From Macrostomum lignano (lineage: Eukaryota), in NCBI GenBank assembly GCA_002269645.1, contig NIVC01001259.1, forward strand, positions 62,001 through 126,000: a stretch of 64,000 bases of DNA. The letters run 5' to 3'. The translations under genes were made by a program, and so were the position numbers. Each line of letters starts with the position of its first letter. Position 1 is the stretch's first letter. Shown one piece after another: positions 1 through 12,600 of this stretch. The notes below the pieces were generated by a model. That model was not told the DNA's origin. It saw only the letters and a list, made by a program, of their open reading frames with translations, and did no database searches.

Positions 1-2043
1 ACAGCTATGCGTTTTACCAATAAAAGTACGTTGGGATTAGCGATTAGCGATTTCTCTTTATTATCTTCACTTTCTACTTAATAAGAGCTAATTTCTAGTG
101 TATATTTTTTCATTAATTTTTGTCATTCCTACGCGAAAGGTCATAAATCAATATGCAGCGATTTTGATTGATTTATGACCGCACCTGTCGTATTTTTATG
201 GCCCCGAGGGAACTGATAGGATCTCTTGGTCACGTGAGTTTGGGTGGCAACAGAAAATTCGACGTGCGTTATAACAAATCGGCTCAGCCAATCAGAATCG
301 AGGTGTTCCATTATAACAAATTGCGGTCCAGTTGGCGGCTATTTAAACCGGTGTTTTTGGCCCACTTGGACTCCAACCGTTGCACTCTCGGGACACTCTC
401 TGGACCATTGCGCTCCACCCGGTTCCACTTCTGGTTCCCGGAGCTCTTGATCCCCGGATCGCGGCTCCCCCCGTCACCATCAAGGACGAATTTCCCCGGT
501 CGTCATCAGCGAACATCAAAGTAAAGATCATCACCTGCTAGCTATCTGCGAAGATTGTGACATCAGCACCATCCCGGGTCTACAGCTGCGAAGCACTAAG
601 CCGATTCGGTCACTGTGGATTACCTGCGTGGTCTCCGGCTGTTGAGTTTCTGATTGGTTGGGTGAGAGGCTACCTAGACTTGCTTGATTGGGTGATTCCT
701 TATCTGTCCCCTATTTCAGCAGCTGGATTAGGCGCACACTTTTGCTCATTTTGTTCAACAGGCAGAAATCACTAATTAATAATACTGTTAGTAGTCTAAA
801 ACTCCAATTCAATCTGAGGTGTGAAGTGAATCAGGAGAAGGTTAACAGTTATTTTTATCGGTTTTATTTCTTTGTTCGCCGATGGCTCAGATGAGTAGCT
901 AAGCTAGTAGGAGCCGGTCACAGTGGACCAATGGCAAGGCGGTTCTCAGTCGATCAATCTATCAAACCAGTGAGCAAAATTGCCAATAGTGCAAAATCGG
1001 CGCTAGAGATGTACTTTGTGCACTCTAGGTTTGCCAAGCGGCTCGGGTAATGAATCATGCGGTCTCTGAGGTTCGAGTTAGCTTCTATCATCAGCGCTAC
1101 GAGAGGCTAGTTCGCGCGTTGAAGGCCAAAAGTACAATTCCTCGTATTTAGCAATGTAATAGTACATGTAGCTACCCCATAGTCTCGAGTCTCGCCACTG
1201 CAAGAATCCCCTGCACAAGTCCCCTCTGTACCTGCATGGCCAATGCGATCTAGTCCCAGCACTGTCCCTTAACATCGGCTATGACTTCGAGATTGACAGC
1301 AAAAAGACACTAGTTGGCAGGTAAGTGCTAAGCCCCCTCTAGTCGGAAGCCCGATTTCGAAAGTTCCGGTTTGGTGAGCCAGAATGCACGGGCTGGTGGC
1401 AGCAGGTTAGCTAATCTCTACCTTCAAAACTCTCCCTGCTTGTCTCTCGCTGTCCCTCTCTTAGCTATAGGACCTAGACGCTCGCCACAGATCAAGCTTC
1501 TTGGGGCTGACCATCTGACAGGAGTGGGGGGCCGGGACTCTAACTGATTTATTTCTGAGACCTGAGGCCCGAAGGCTTCCCCACAAGGGGGCCGAAAGGT
1601 CGAAACCATCAAAAGGTACTAATATTAATTGTATTCCTCATCAGTACTTATTGACAAATTTGCGATTCCTGTTTTTTCACTGATTGTTTAACATCGCAAT
1701 ATTTTAACCAATGAACATGTAGTAGCGCGCTACATGTATACCATCTTTATTTCTCTCATCCAAAGCTCCTTACTCCCTAGAGTCTTAAGGCTCTCCTGCA
1801 TGCCTGCTGTTCTTGGAGCATGAAGACAATGATATGATGCAAATCAGTGTTACATTAATACACACAGTATAAAAGTAATTAATACGGAACGTATGATGGA
1901 TCGAATTAATGCTAAAATGCAAAGATATTGGAATAGTTTATAGGATAAGGCCTACCACTGTTAGGTTCTGAGTTATATACACGTACATACGGGCGTACTC
2001 ACGTGCATTTTTCAAACATACAGTTAAGTTCAGTACTTTAGCA

Positions 2044-2239
2044 GGGGGCCCATCACAAGCTCGAAAAATCACATCGTCGAAAAGGTTAACAACCACCATC
2101 ACAAGCTCGAATAGGGTTAGGGTTAGAGCTTGTGCCTTAGGGTTAGGGTTAGGGTTTAGGGCTAGGTTAGGGTTGGGGTTGGGGTTAGTGTCTTGGGGTT
2201 AGGGTTAGAGCTTGGGATTTTTCGAGCTTGTGATGGTGG
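2044..2239. mobile_element. Small TIR element carrying degenerate TTAGGG repeats
   Basis: 21-bp inverted repeat CCATCACAAGCTCGAAAAATC (2050-2070 and 2216-2236), a second left copy at 2093-2111, TTAGGG-like tract at 2112-2210, and the 8-bp direct repeat CTTTAGCA at 2036-2043 and 2240-2247. Confidence 0.7.
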
Positions 2240-2788
2240 CTTTAGCACGTAAAATCCTAGAAAAATGCATGGGTTACAATTTCTACACAAAGTACATGTA
2301 TCAGACTTCTTGCGTATCTTACAGTATGCGCGTTTTGCAATGCCTCAGTGCGGATCGGATATCGGAGCTTGCATATGTTTACGTGTACGTGACGAAATGA
2401 GGTCGTTCTGAATTCAACAACTCTAATTGCTAAATATCCATAAGCTAGTGTTGAGATAGTCAGATAGCAGTTAGATTCCCTTACATCAGGGGTTGACAAA
2501 CTTATTTACCTCAAGGGTCAGCTAAATAATCAGCTCACGACTGCGGGCCAGATAGATGCGAGAGAAGAGGAGAAGGAATAGTAGATGGAAGAGGAAAGAG
2601 AAGATGAGAGATAACAGAAAGAGAGGAGAAGGGAGAGGCGAGAGAGGTGTTTTCGTAGAAATCTATCTGCAGCATGTTTTTCACATTTCTGAATAACAAT
2701 TGACCCGTATACAACTGCCTAAACAAGTAATTTTTAAGTATGAACAATCGCATTCTGTTAAGGTAATGATAATTGTTAATGATAACAA

Positions 2789-3600
2789 TTGGACTTCCTT
2801 GAGACATCCTCCGGGGTGCTTCAGGGAGATACGCTTGCGCCGTTCCTGTTGGTCCTGGTGCTTGACTGGATGCTGCGGACCGCTCTCCCTTCTACCGACG
2901 ACGGCTTTCTGCTGCAGCGACGCGTGGGTCGACGCCAACCGGAGAGGCGGCTCAGCGTGCTTGCCTGCTCCGACGGTCTCGTCATGTTGTCGTCGACCGT
3001 CGAGGGCGCCCAGCACCAGCTGGACCGGCTGGTGAGCGTTTCAGCGAGTGTTGGCCTGGTGGTCAACACTCAGAAGACCGCGTGCTCTGCATGCCTGCCG
3101 GACGACATCAAAGCAACTATTTTGTGCGGACAGGTGACGAGGCTTCCCCGCTGTCAACAGTTTGTCTACCTCGGCGGTCTGGTGCCTGGCGTTTGCGAGG
3201 ACCTGCGACGCCGCCGTGGACTTGCCTGGGCTGCCTTCCGTTCCGCGAGGGTCGTCCTGCAGTCTGAGGCCCTGCCTGATCGTTAGAGGGCGGTGCTGCT
3301 TCAGGCGGTGATCGAGACCGTCCTGTTGTACAACGCCGAGACCTGGACGCTGACGGATTCGCTCGAACAACTGGTCGATGCGGCGCACGCTGGCCTGCTG
3401 CGCGCCGCCTTCAAGATCGGCTACGAGCGAGTCACCAATGCGGCACTCTATCGCTGCACCGGCCCAGCGAACTGTTGCGCCATCGGCGACTCCAGCTGGT
3501 AGGCCTTATTATCCAAGCTGAGTCGTAGTGCCCGCTGCCGGTGCAGGAGGTGCTGTTGCTCACGCTGCAGGCACCCTACCGGCGGGTGATGCCGGCGCCC
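2789..3600 (+). mobile_element. Degenerate RTE/RTEX-like LINE fragment (RT C-terminal half)
   Basis: GVLQGDTLAPFL, GLVVNTQKT, FVYLGGLVP, RRRGLAWAAF, LYNAETWTL. YADD is replaced by CSDG, with in-frame stops and frameshifts. Clearly homologous to the 60.6-62.0 kb copy. Confidence 0.88.
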
Positions 3601-4074
3601 CGGACACTGCCGGCGGTGCGCCCTATACTGTATAATTTCTGCTAATCACGGTAGCTACGAATATTTGCAATAATTGGTGCAATTGGCATTTTAAAAAATT
3701 ACAATTTAATTCATCGTTAGTCTGCTCGCGTGTGAACGAATAAATGAAAGTACGAGCTACATCATAGCTTAAAAAAAACAACTCAAACCAGGCAGTCAGT
3801 TGCCAGTCAGCTGAGAGAGGAGTGTGTTAATTTTATTCCTCGCTTGCTCACCCGTAGGTATGGTGGGAAGGCGCTCCCACCCGCGGGATCGGGGGGGGGG
3901 GCACTCCTTGTCGCGTGCCCAATCCCCGCTCGCCTCCCTAACCATAAGGCTTCCTCTAACGGAAGGGGGGTTGGCCAAAGCCTCTCACTTTTCCCTGAAT
4001 TTGTTTTGCTTCATCATTTCAGTCCCGGCTGCTCAGCTCGGCCTGTCCCTACCTGCCCGCCTTCAGCCAGAGCC

Positions 4075-4674
4075 ATGGCCAAGCTGCCGGAGTCTCCTCA
4101 GCGCCTGCAAGCCCAGCCAAGAAGCCGGTCGTTCAGCGCCTCCCGGGCCTCCTCCCTGCTGGACATGCTCGGCCGGCGCCGATCGAGGATGTTTTCTAAG
4201 AAACGCCGGGCTTCGCCCAGGCCAGCGGATCAGGAAAAGGGTCAGCAGCGGCACAAGCTGACCATCCCACTGCAGATAGTCATCAGCGAGCTGTGCACTG
4301 ATCGAACTGGTGCCGAGTTCGAAGTTCGATGGACCGCCTTCGACTCCTCCTGGCCGGACGATGCCACCGACGACAATCAGTGGCATGGCCGACCTGGCCA
4401 GCAGGGTCAGAAGCAGCAGCAGCGGAGGCCCCGATCGCACAGCAGTCCGGAGATGCAGCTGAGCCAGTCTGCCCAGGACAGCCTGCAGGAGGCGTCGTCG
4501 GCTGCTCAGCGGCAGCTGTTGGAGGCCGATCTCAAAGCTTTCCTCCGCTCAGAGCGCGGCAGCCAAAGGCGCAACGGACTGTGCCTGGAGCTGGACAGGC
4601 GACTGCACGACTCGGCTCTGTCCAGATTCTGCGAGCACGCGGCCATTGTTGACGCGATGAAGCAGTGCTTCTGA
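4075..4674 (+). CDS. Orphan 199-aa protein of unknown function
   Basis: gccATGg start preceded by cttcag/ccag. Non-repetitive ORF with GC-rich codon usage like the bona fide genes here. No family recognised. Confidence 0.55.
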   Translation: MAKLPESPQRLQAQPRSRSFSASRASSLLDMLGRRRSRMFSKKRRASPRPADQEKGQQRHKLTIPLQIVISELCTDRTGAEFEVRWTAFDSSWPDDATDDNQWHGRPGQQGQKQQQRRPRSHSSPEMQLSQSAQDSLQEASSAAQRQLLEADLKAFLRSERGSQRRNGLCLELDRRLHDSALSRFCEHAAIVDAMKQCF

Positions 4675-4777
4675 CTCTGTGATTCGCCTCTAGCAGCTTA
4701 CCGAGCTGGGCCAGTTGGGCTTGGGGTGCGCGTTTGGACTCGCCATTTCATTTTTGAGGAAGTGCCAAGGATGCTGC

Positions 4778-5540
4778 AAAGCTGCTAGTAAAGGTGGGCG
4801 AAGCTGCTAGTAAGGGGGGGCACAGCTGCTAGTAAGGGAGGGCAAAGCTGCTAGTAAGGGGGGCACAGCTGCTAGTAAGGGAGGGCAAAGCTGCTAGTAA
4901 GGGGGGCACAGCTGCTAGTAAGGGGGGCAAAGCTGCTAGTAGGGGGGGGCACAGCTGCTAGTAAGGGGGGCAAAGCTGCTAGTAAGGGAGGGCAAAGCTG
5001 CTAGTAAGGGGGGGGCAAAGCTGCTAGTAAGGGGGGCAAAGCTGCTAGTAAGGGGGGGCGAAGCTACTAGTAGGGGGGGCAAAGCTGCTAGTAAGGGAGG
5101 GCAAAGCTGCTAGTAAGGGGGGGCAAAGCTGCTAGTAAGGGGGGCAAAGCTGCTAGTAAGGGGGGGCAAAGCTGCTAGTAAGGGGGGGCAAAGCTGCTAG
5201 TAGGGGGGGGCACAGCTGCTAGTTAGGGGGGCAAAGCTGCTAGTAAGGGAGGGCAAAGCTGCTAGTAAGGGGGGGGGCAAAGCTGCTAGTAAGGGGGGCA
5301 AAGCTGCTAGTAAGGGGGGGCGAAGCTACTAGTAGGGGGGGGGGCAAAGCTGCTAGTAAGGGGGGCACAGCTGCTAGTAAGGGGGGGGGCAAAGCTGCTA
5401 GTAAGGGGGGCAAAGCTACTAGTAGGGGGGGCGAAGCTACTAGTAGGGGGGCACAGCTGCTAGTAAGGGGGGCAAAGCTGCTAGTAAGGGGGGGCAAAGC
5501 TGCTAGTAAGGGGGGGGCGAAGCTACTAGTAGGGGGGGGG
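4778..5540. repeat. Minisatellite, ~20-bp unit AAAGCTGCTAGTAAGGGGGGC
   Basis: Tandem copies with variable G-run length. Confidence 0.95.
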
Positions 5541-6479
5541 CGCCCTCTTGTCTGGCTACCCCCAACCTAAGAGAGACACGAAGGGAGATGGAGACGCGAG
5601 AAATCGAGAGAAATCCTCAGTAGGCGAAACCAATGGGGAAAATGTGATTTACGCTCTTACACAACCAGCTGATTTAAGGATTTCGACGCTAGCGGGCCTC
5701 TAAATCAGACTTAGACTGGATTGTTGTTCTTTCAGTTTTGTCTGCCGAGCAGAGCTGAGTCCTTGCGTGTCTTCTCCGGATGTCGTATCGGATGAAATCT
5801 ATGAGCTCGTGTGCATGCCAAATATTTCTAAGAAATCAGATTCAGAAGCTCCATCTGTTCACCAACTCTGCTTCGTGATCGATAATTGATTTCTGAGCAG
5901 CGTCCGATGCCAAATGATTGTAAAGGAAAATAATTCGTAACTAGTAGTAGAGAGACCGCTTGTATATTATTTGTTATATTATTGTGGCATCAAAATCAAA
6001 TAAATTGGCGAATAAAATCTGCATCATCACGCGCCTTTGCCTACTGTACTCTCTGAACGGGCCAGTCTCGAGGATGAGTGAGATGCAGGCCTTCTCTGTT
6101 CCCCCCTCTAGCTCTCTCTTTCCAGATGAAAGCGGGCACGAATTTCTGTTTCAATCTGCAAAATGACGTTGATAAAAGGCTTTGTTTGTGTCAGGAAACT
6201 GACGGACGCGCTGCATCAAGGCTGCTGCGGCTAAATAAATATAGCTCGGTTGACCTAATCGGATGGAGGGGAGAGTGCCGGTCCCCAGGCCGAGTAGCCG
6301 GGGCTGCCGTAGCTTATGGACTAACATTCTAGGCTACGAGACGGGATCAGCTGACTGATGAGTTATAGCCCAGCCAGGGACGCTTGCTTGCTTGCATGCA
6401 ACTTTTGCCAGTTTTCCACAATCATGTCATCTGCTGCGAAAGAGTCGGTCGGCAGATTTTTGTAACTCCCTGCAATTGA

Positions 6480-8646
6480 TAGGTGATAGTGTGCTTTTCT
6501 CTGAGTGATAGTGTGGGTTTTTTCTGGGTGATAGTGTGCTTTTCTCTGAGTGATAGCGTGGGTTTCTCGAGGTGATAGTGTGCTTTTCTCTGAGTGATAG
6601 TGTGGGTTTTTTCTGGGTGATAGTGTGCTTTTCTCTGAGTGATAGCGTGGGTTTCTCGAGGTGATAGTGTGCTTTTCTCTGAGTGATAGTGTGGGTTTTT
6701 TCTGGGTGATAGTGTGCTTTTCTCTGAGTGATAGCGTGGGTTTCTCGAGGTGATAGTGTGCTTTTCTCTGAGTGATAGTGTGGGTTTTTTCTGGGTGATA
6801 GTGTGCTTTTCTCTGAGTGATAGCGTGGGTTTCTCGAGGTGATAGTGTGCTTTTCTCTGAGTGATAGTGTGGGTTTTTTCTGGGTGATAGTGTGCTTTTC
6901 TCTGAGTGATAGCGTGGGTTTCTCGAGGTGATAGTGTGCTTTTCTCTGAGTGATAGCGTGGGTTTCTCGAGGTGATTGTGTGCTTTTCTCTGAGTGATAG
7001 CGTGGGTTTCTCGAGGTGATAGTGTGCTTTTCTCTGAGTGATAGCGTGGGTTTCTCGAGGTGATTGTGTGCTTTTCTCTGAGTGATAGCGTGGGTTTCTC
7101 GAGGTGATAGTGTGCTTTTCTCTGAGTGATAGCGTGGGTTTCTCGAGGTGATAGTGTGCTTTTCTCTGAGTGATAGCGTGGGTTTCTCGAGGTGATAGTG
7201 TGCTTTTCTCTGAGTGATAGCGTGGGTTTCTCGAGGTGATTGTGTGCTTTTCTCTGAGTAATAGCGTGGGTTTCTCGAGGTGATTGTGTGCTTTTCTCTG
7301 AGTGATAGCGAGGGTTTCTCGAGGTGATAGTGTGCTTTTCTCTGAGTGATAGCGTGGGTTTCTCGAGGTGATTGTGTGCTTTTCTCTGAGTGATAGCGAG
7401 GGTTTCTCGAGGTGATAGTGTGCTTTTCTCTGAGTGATAGTGTGGGTTTCTCGAGGTGATGGTGTGTGTTTTTCTCGGTGATAGTGTGGGTTTTTCTGGG
7501 TGATTGTGTGGGTTTCTCGAGGTGATGGTGTGGGTTTTTCTGGGTGATTGTGTGGGTTTCTCGAGGTGATGGTGTGGGTTTCTCGAGGTGATGGTGTGGG
7601 TTTCTCGAGGTGATTGTGTGTGTTTTTCTCGGTGATAGTGTGGGTTTTTCTGGGTGATTGTGTGAGTTTTTCGAGGTGATGATGTGAGTTTCTCGAGGTG
7701 ATAGTGTGTTTTCTCTGAGTGATAGCGAGGGTTTCTCGAGGTGATAGTGTGGTTTTCTCTGAGTGATAGCGTGGGTTTCTCGAGGTGATGGTGTGGGTTT
7801 CTCGAGGTGATGGTGTGAGTTTCTCGAGGTGATAGTGTGGTTTTCTCTGAGTGATAGCGAGGGTTTCTCGAGGTGATGGTGTGTGTTTTTCTCGGTGATA
7901 GTGTGGGTTTTTCTGGGTGATTGTGTGAGTTTTTCTGAGTGATAGTGTGGGTTTTTCTGGGTGATAGTGTGGGTTTATTGGCACGATAGTGTGAGTTTTT
8001 CGAGGTGATGGTGTTGGTTTCTCGAGGTGATGGTGTGGGTTTTTCTCGGTGATAGTGTGGGTTTATTGGCACGATAGTGTGGGTTTTTCGAGGTGATTGT
8101 GTGGGTTTCTCGAGGTGATGGTGTGGGTTTCTCGAGGTGATGGTGTGGGTTTCTCGAGGTGATGGTGTTGGTTTCTCGAGGTGATGGTGTGGGTTTTTCT
8201 TGGTGATAGTTTGGGTTTATTGGCACGATAAGTGTGGGTTTTTCGAGGTGATGATGTGGGTTTCTCGAGGTGATTGTGTAGGTTTTTCTCGGTGATAGTG
8301 TGGGTTTATTGGCACGATAAGTGTGGGTTTTTCGAGGTGATGATGTGGGTTTCTCGAGGTGATTGTGTGGGTTTCTCGAGGTGATGGTGTGGGTTTCTCG
8401 AGGTGATGGTGTGGGTTTCTCGAGGTGATTGGGTAGGTTTCTCGAGGTGATGGTGTGGGTTTCTCGAGGTGATTGGGTAGGTTTCTCGAGGTGATGGTGT
8501 GGGTTTCTCGAGGTGATTGGGTGGGTTTCTCGAGGTGATTGGGTAGGTTTCTCGAGGTGATGGTGTGGGTTTCTCGAGGTGATTGGGTGGGTTTCTCGAG
8601 GTGATTGGGTAGGTTTCTCGAGGTGATTGGGTGGGTTTCTCGAGGT
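6480..8646. repeat. Minisatellite, ~21-bp unit TTTCTCGAGGTGAT(G/A)GTGTG(G/C) with 42-bp dimers
   Basis: Tandem array; source of the long ORFs at 6363-8841. Confidence 0.95.
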
Positions 8647-9394
8647 TTCAAATTTGATGCTGCATGCGAATCCAGCAGATTTCGTGCAGTTGTTGTTGTG
8701 TGGTTCTTGCTGCATATGCCCAGCGCTCTTTGACATGCAAATAAAGAAAGATGACGCCAGTGATGCTGGACAAAGGAGACGCGGGTTTTTCCTGCAGCAC
8801 GATTCGGGAGGGGAAGAGGTTAAGAAGAACTCAAAGCGCAAAGTCTTGACAAAGAATTACGACATTCAGAGGCAACAAAAGCAGAGAGTCTGAAAGCTGA
8901 AACTCCGGGAACAACATTTCCTCTTGCCTGCCCTGCCGTCTTTTAGTTATTTTCTCCTAGCAGCAAACTCGCTAGTCTCGCGCTTCGCTGAGCTTCATCA
9001 ACGCGTTTCATTCTCCTTTTCTCCTGCCGCCACGCAATTTCCCGAGCAGGTGCGAGTCCACCTGCTACCTGGACTCCTGGTCTACCTGGTTGGGCACAGA
9101 GCTGGTTAAATGAAAGTCGATCAAGACAGCGGCTGTCACCGCCTCTCTGGGGAGAAAAGATTGAAGAGGGGGGGGGGCGTCACGAAAATTGAAGAAACAA
9201 TCCTTAATTGCTTATTTGGACTGTCTTTGGCGACACGAAAACAGTTGATATTCTAGTTCCACTATTCTAGTGAAGTAGGCGTAAGTAGATCTCCAAGTCT
9301 AATAATTGTTTTTTGCATCGAATTTGCAGTTAATAAATATGAAGCTTCTATTAAACAACCATTTAGTTAATAAACTTCCAAAAGGCAAGCTTCT

Positions 9395-9950
9395 GGTTGG
9401 AAACCTTCCCTTTAAATCAACTTCCGGTTGGCGACTTTCTCTTTAAATCAACTTCCGGTTGGCAACTTTCTCTTTAAATCAACTTCCGGTTGGCAACCTT
9501 CCCTTTTAATCAACTTCCGGTTGGCAACTTTCTCTTTAAATCAACTTCCGGTTGGCAACCTTCCCTTTAAATCAACTTCCGGTTGGCAAATTTCTCTCTA
9601 AATCAACTTCCAGTTGGCAACCTTCATTTAAATACTTCCGGTTGGCAACTTTCTCTTTAAATCAACTTCCGGTTGGCAAGCTTCCCTTTTAATCAACTTC
9701 CGGTTGGCAACCTTCCCTTTTAATCAACTTCCAGTTGGCAACTTTCTCTTTAAATCAACTTCCGGTTGGCAAATTTCTCTCTAAATCAACTTCCAGTTGG
9801 CAACCTTCATTTAAATACTTCCATGCCAGTTAGTAACGTTTCCGGTTAAAATACTTCCGGTTGATAACCTGGAAATATTCTAGTAAAAATACTTCCGGTT
9901 TATCAACCTTCCAATTAAAGTACATGTACTTCCGGTTAGCAACCTTCCAA
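9395..9950. repeat. Minisatellite, ~30-bp unit AACTTCCGGTTGGCAACTTTCTCTTTAAATC
   Basis: Tandem copies, degenerating at both edges. Confidence 0.92.
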
Positions 9951-10409
9951 TAGAAAAACATATTTTTAAAAATATGTTTTTAATATTATTTTTATCGTCT
10001 CAGTAATCGGTATAATCAACCAGATATTTTCATTACTCCCATCGAGCCACTCCTCAGCAGCTGAATGTTCGCATCGCTAAACAAACAAAAGTACTCTGAA
10101 AGCGAAGTTATATGAGCTCCTATTTCTTCGAATTTATCAACCAGCTCAAGTGACGCGGGCCCATATAGCGACTGCTTTTCCCCCCAGCTTTCTGGTCGCT
10201 CGAGTTGGGAAAATCCTCATCCCATTTGGGGAAGAAGGAAAATGAGCGAATAATTATGCAGAATCTTCAGGGCGTAGCGATTTCGGGGTTGGGCCTGTTT
10301 CTTAAGTTCTTCATCCAGCGGTGATTAGGGATGCAGCCTCCGCGAATTCTTTTGTGCTCGTCTCAGCCTGTGGGTGCCAGTCTGAAGAATTCGAGTGAAA
10401 CCGAGTGAA

Positions 10410-11290
10410 TCTCATGGTGCGTGGGTCTCATGAGTGTGAATACGATGGTTCGTGAATCTCATGAGTGTGAATCTCTTGAGTGTGAATACCATGGTGCGTA
10501 AATATCATGCTGTGTAACTCCCATGGTGCGTGAATCTCATGCTGTGTCAAACCGGCAGTGTGTGAATCTCATGCTGTGTCAAACCGACAGTGTGTGAATC
10601 TCATGCTGTGTCAAACCGGCAGTGTGTGAATCTCATTGTGTGTTAGCTCTCCTGGTATGTGAATCTCATGAGTGTGAATCTCATGAGTGTGAATCTCATA
10701 AGTGTGAATCTCATGGTGCGTAAATCTCATGCTGTGTAACTCCCATGGTGCGTGAATCTCATGCTGTGTCAAACCGGCAGTGTGTGAATCTCATTGTGTG
10801 TTAGCTCCGTGTATGTGATTTCATTGTGTGAATCCCATGGTGGGCGATCTCATTGTGTGAATCCCATGGTGGGCGATCTCATTGTGTGAATCCCATGGTG
10901 GGCGATCTCATTGTGTGAATCCCATGGTGGGTGATCTCATGATGTGTGAATCCCATGGTGGGTGATCTCATGATGTGTGAATCCCATGGTGGGTGATATC
11001 ATTGTGTAAATGAATCCCATGGTGGTAGATCTCATTGTGTGAATCCCATCGTGGGTGATCTCATTGTGTGAATCCCATCGTGGGTGATCTCATTGTGTGA
11101 ATCCCATGGTGGTAGATCTCATTGTGTGAATCCCATGGTGGTAGATCTCATTGTGTGAATCCCATGGTGGGTGATATCATTGTGTGAATCCCATGGTGGT
11201 AGATCTCATTGTGTGAATCCCATGGTGGTAGATCTCATTGTGTGAATCCCATGGTGAGTGATCTCATTGTGTGAATCCCATGGTGGTAGA
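10410..11290. repeat. Composite minisatellite, GTGTGAATC(T/C)CATG-based units
   Basis: Short units grade into ~28-bp GTGTGAATCCCATGGTGGGTGATCTCATT units. Confidence 0.92.
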
Positions 11291-11749
11291 TCTCGTTGAT
11301 CTCATTGAAGAGCTCATCAGCGCTAGAAAGCTGATATTTCACTTCCCTGCCGCAGGCAAGAAATTCCCAACTGGTAATTGCATCTCCCGAAACAGATTCC
11401 TCCCGTCAACCGCCTCCGATTTCCCTTTGATCTCCCGGCCTCTCCCCCCTCAGACGAGCGCCCCCCAGCAACTAAAAAGTGTCCCTGCGACTGGACGAGT
11501 TTCTTTGACTTTAAGCAGAAAATTCTGATTCCATTTTTTATATAATAGAATTTAGATCTATCTCTCTGGCCTTAGGATAAAAGCCAACAATACAGGTGAT
11601 GCATCAAATTATCTGTGTAGCTGTGTAGCGAAATTAGCTGTGTAAATTTATCAATCTTTTATTTTGAGGTGTCAGTGTGCGTATATTCAGCACCACTAAG
11701 ATGCCCGTGATCTGACCTGGTAAACCAGAACACGGAATCAGTCTGAACA

Positions 11750-11920
11750 CCCTAACGGAACACCCCTCTAACACCCCACTCTAACATCCCACTTTAACAC
11801 CCCACTCTAACACCCCACTCTAACACCACACTCTAACACCACCCTCTAACACCCCACTCTACTACCCCACTCTAACACCCCACTCTAACACCACCCTCTA
11901 ACACCACACTCTAACACCCC
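11750..11920. repeat. Minisatellite, ~14-15-bp unit CTCTAACACCCCA
   Basis: Tandem copies. Confidence 0.9.
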
Positions 11921-12224
11921 AACCAGGTTTGATTTCCTTCTCTCAGAGAGCACTATTATGATTGTTGTCTAAAAAAAGCAAAAAAAAAATTGATAGAAAC
12001 TCGCTTAGCGTTAGACTTGGAGCTCATTAAAATTCTCAGGGTGTCGCACGGCCTTTGCGCGCATCGCCTTTGAAACCTGCGCCCCTTGAGAGTGTCCCCT
12101 TGGGATCAAATTGAATATAAGGACATTATCTACTGATGAGACATTCAGCCACATTTGCATTTTTCTGCGTGCGTTTCTCAATATTTCTCTTCTCTAATTT
12201 CTTCTGCCAATCTGGACCCCATCA

Positions 12225-12600
12225 TTTCTCATTCTTCCCCTCCCTCATCACTACACCTTTCTCCCCTCTCCCTCTCTCCCTCCGTGCCCTTTCCCTCGCT
12301 CCCCTGTCTCTCTCTCCAGTCTCCCTCCCCTCCTCTCTCTCCCCTCTCCCTCCCCCTCTCCCTCTCTCCCTCCGTCCCCTCTCCCTGGCTCCCCTCTCCC
12401 CTTCTCCCTTTCTCCCCTCTCTCCCCTCTCCTTCTCCCCTCTTCCTCTCCCCCTCTCCCTCTCCTCCTCTCCCTCTCCCCCTCTCCCTCTCCCCCTCTCC
12501 CTCTCCCCCTCTCCCTCCGTCCCGTCTCCTTTCTCCCCTCTCCCTCTCTCCCTTATCCATCTCTCCCATCTCCCACTGGTCCCTCTCCCTCCCCTTCCCT
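12225..12600. repeat. Polypyrimidine (CT-rich) low-complexity tract
   Basis: Almost purely C/T on the + strand. Confidence 0.9.

Noticed and set aside
1372-1405. LTR primer-binding-site-like TGGTGAGCCAG and TGGTGGCAGC
   Set aside because: Not preceded by an LTR-terminal CA, with no second LTR and no gag/pol sequence. The 0.2-1.6 kb segment looks repeat-like but I cannot assign it.
2112-2210. True telomere or chromosome end
   Set aside because: Short, degenerate, and enclosed by inverted repeats and a TSD.
6363-6470. Possible minus-strand terminal exon (ttgcag|..SYKNLPTDSFAADDMIVENWQKLHASKQASLAGL*)
   Set aside because: No upstream partner exon or protein family could be identified; needs transcript data.
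6363-8841. 569, 520 and 288-aa His/Thr/Arg-rich ORFs
   Set aside because: They are translations of the 21-bp minisatellite in several frames.
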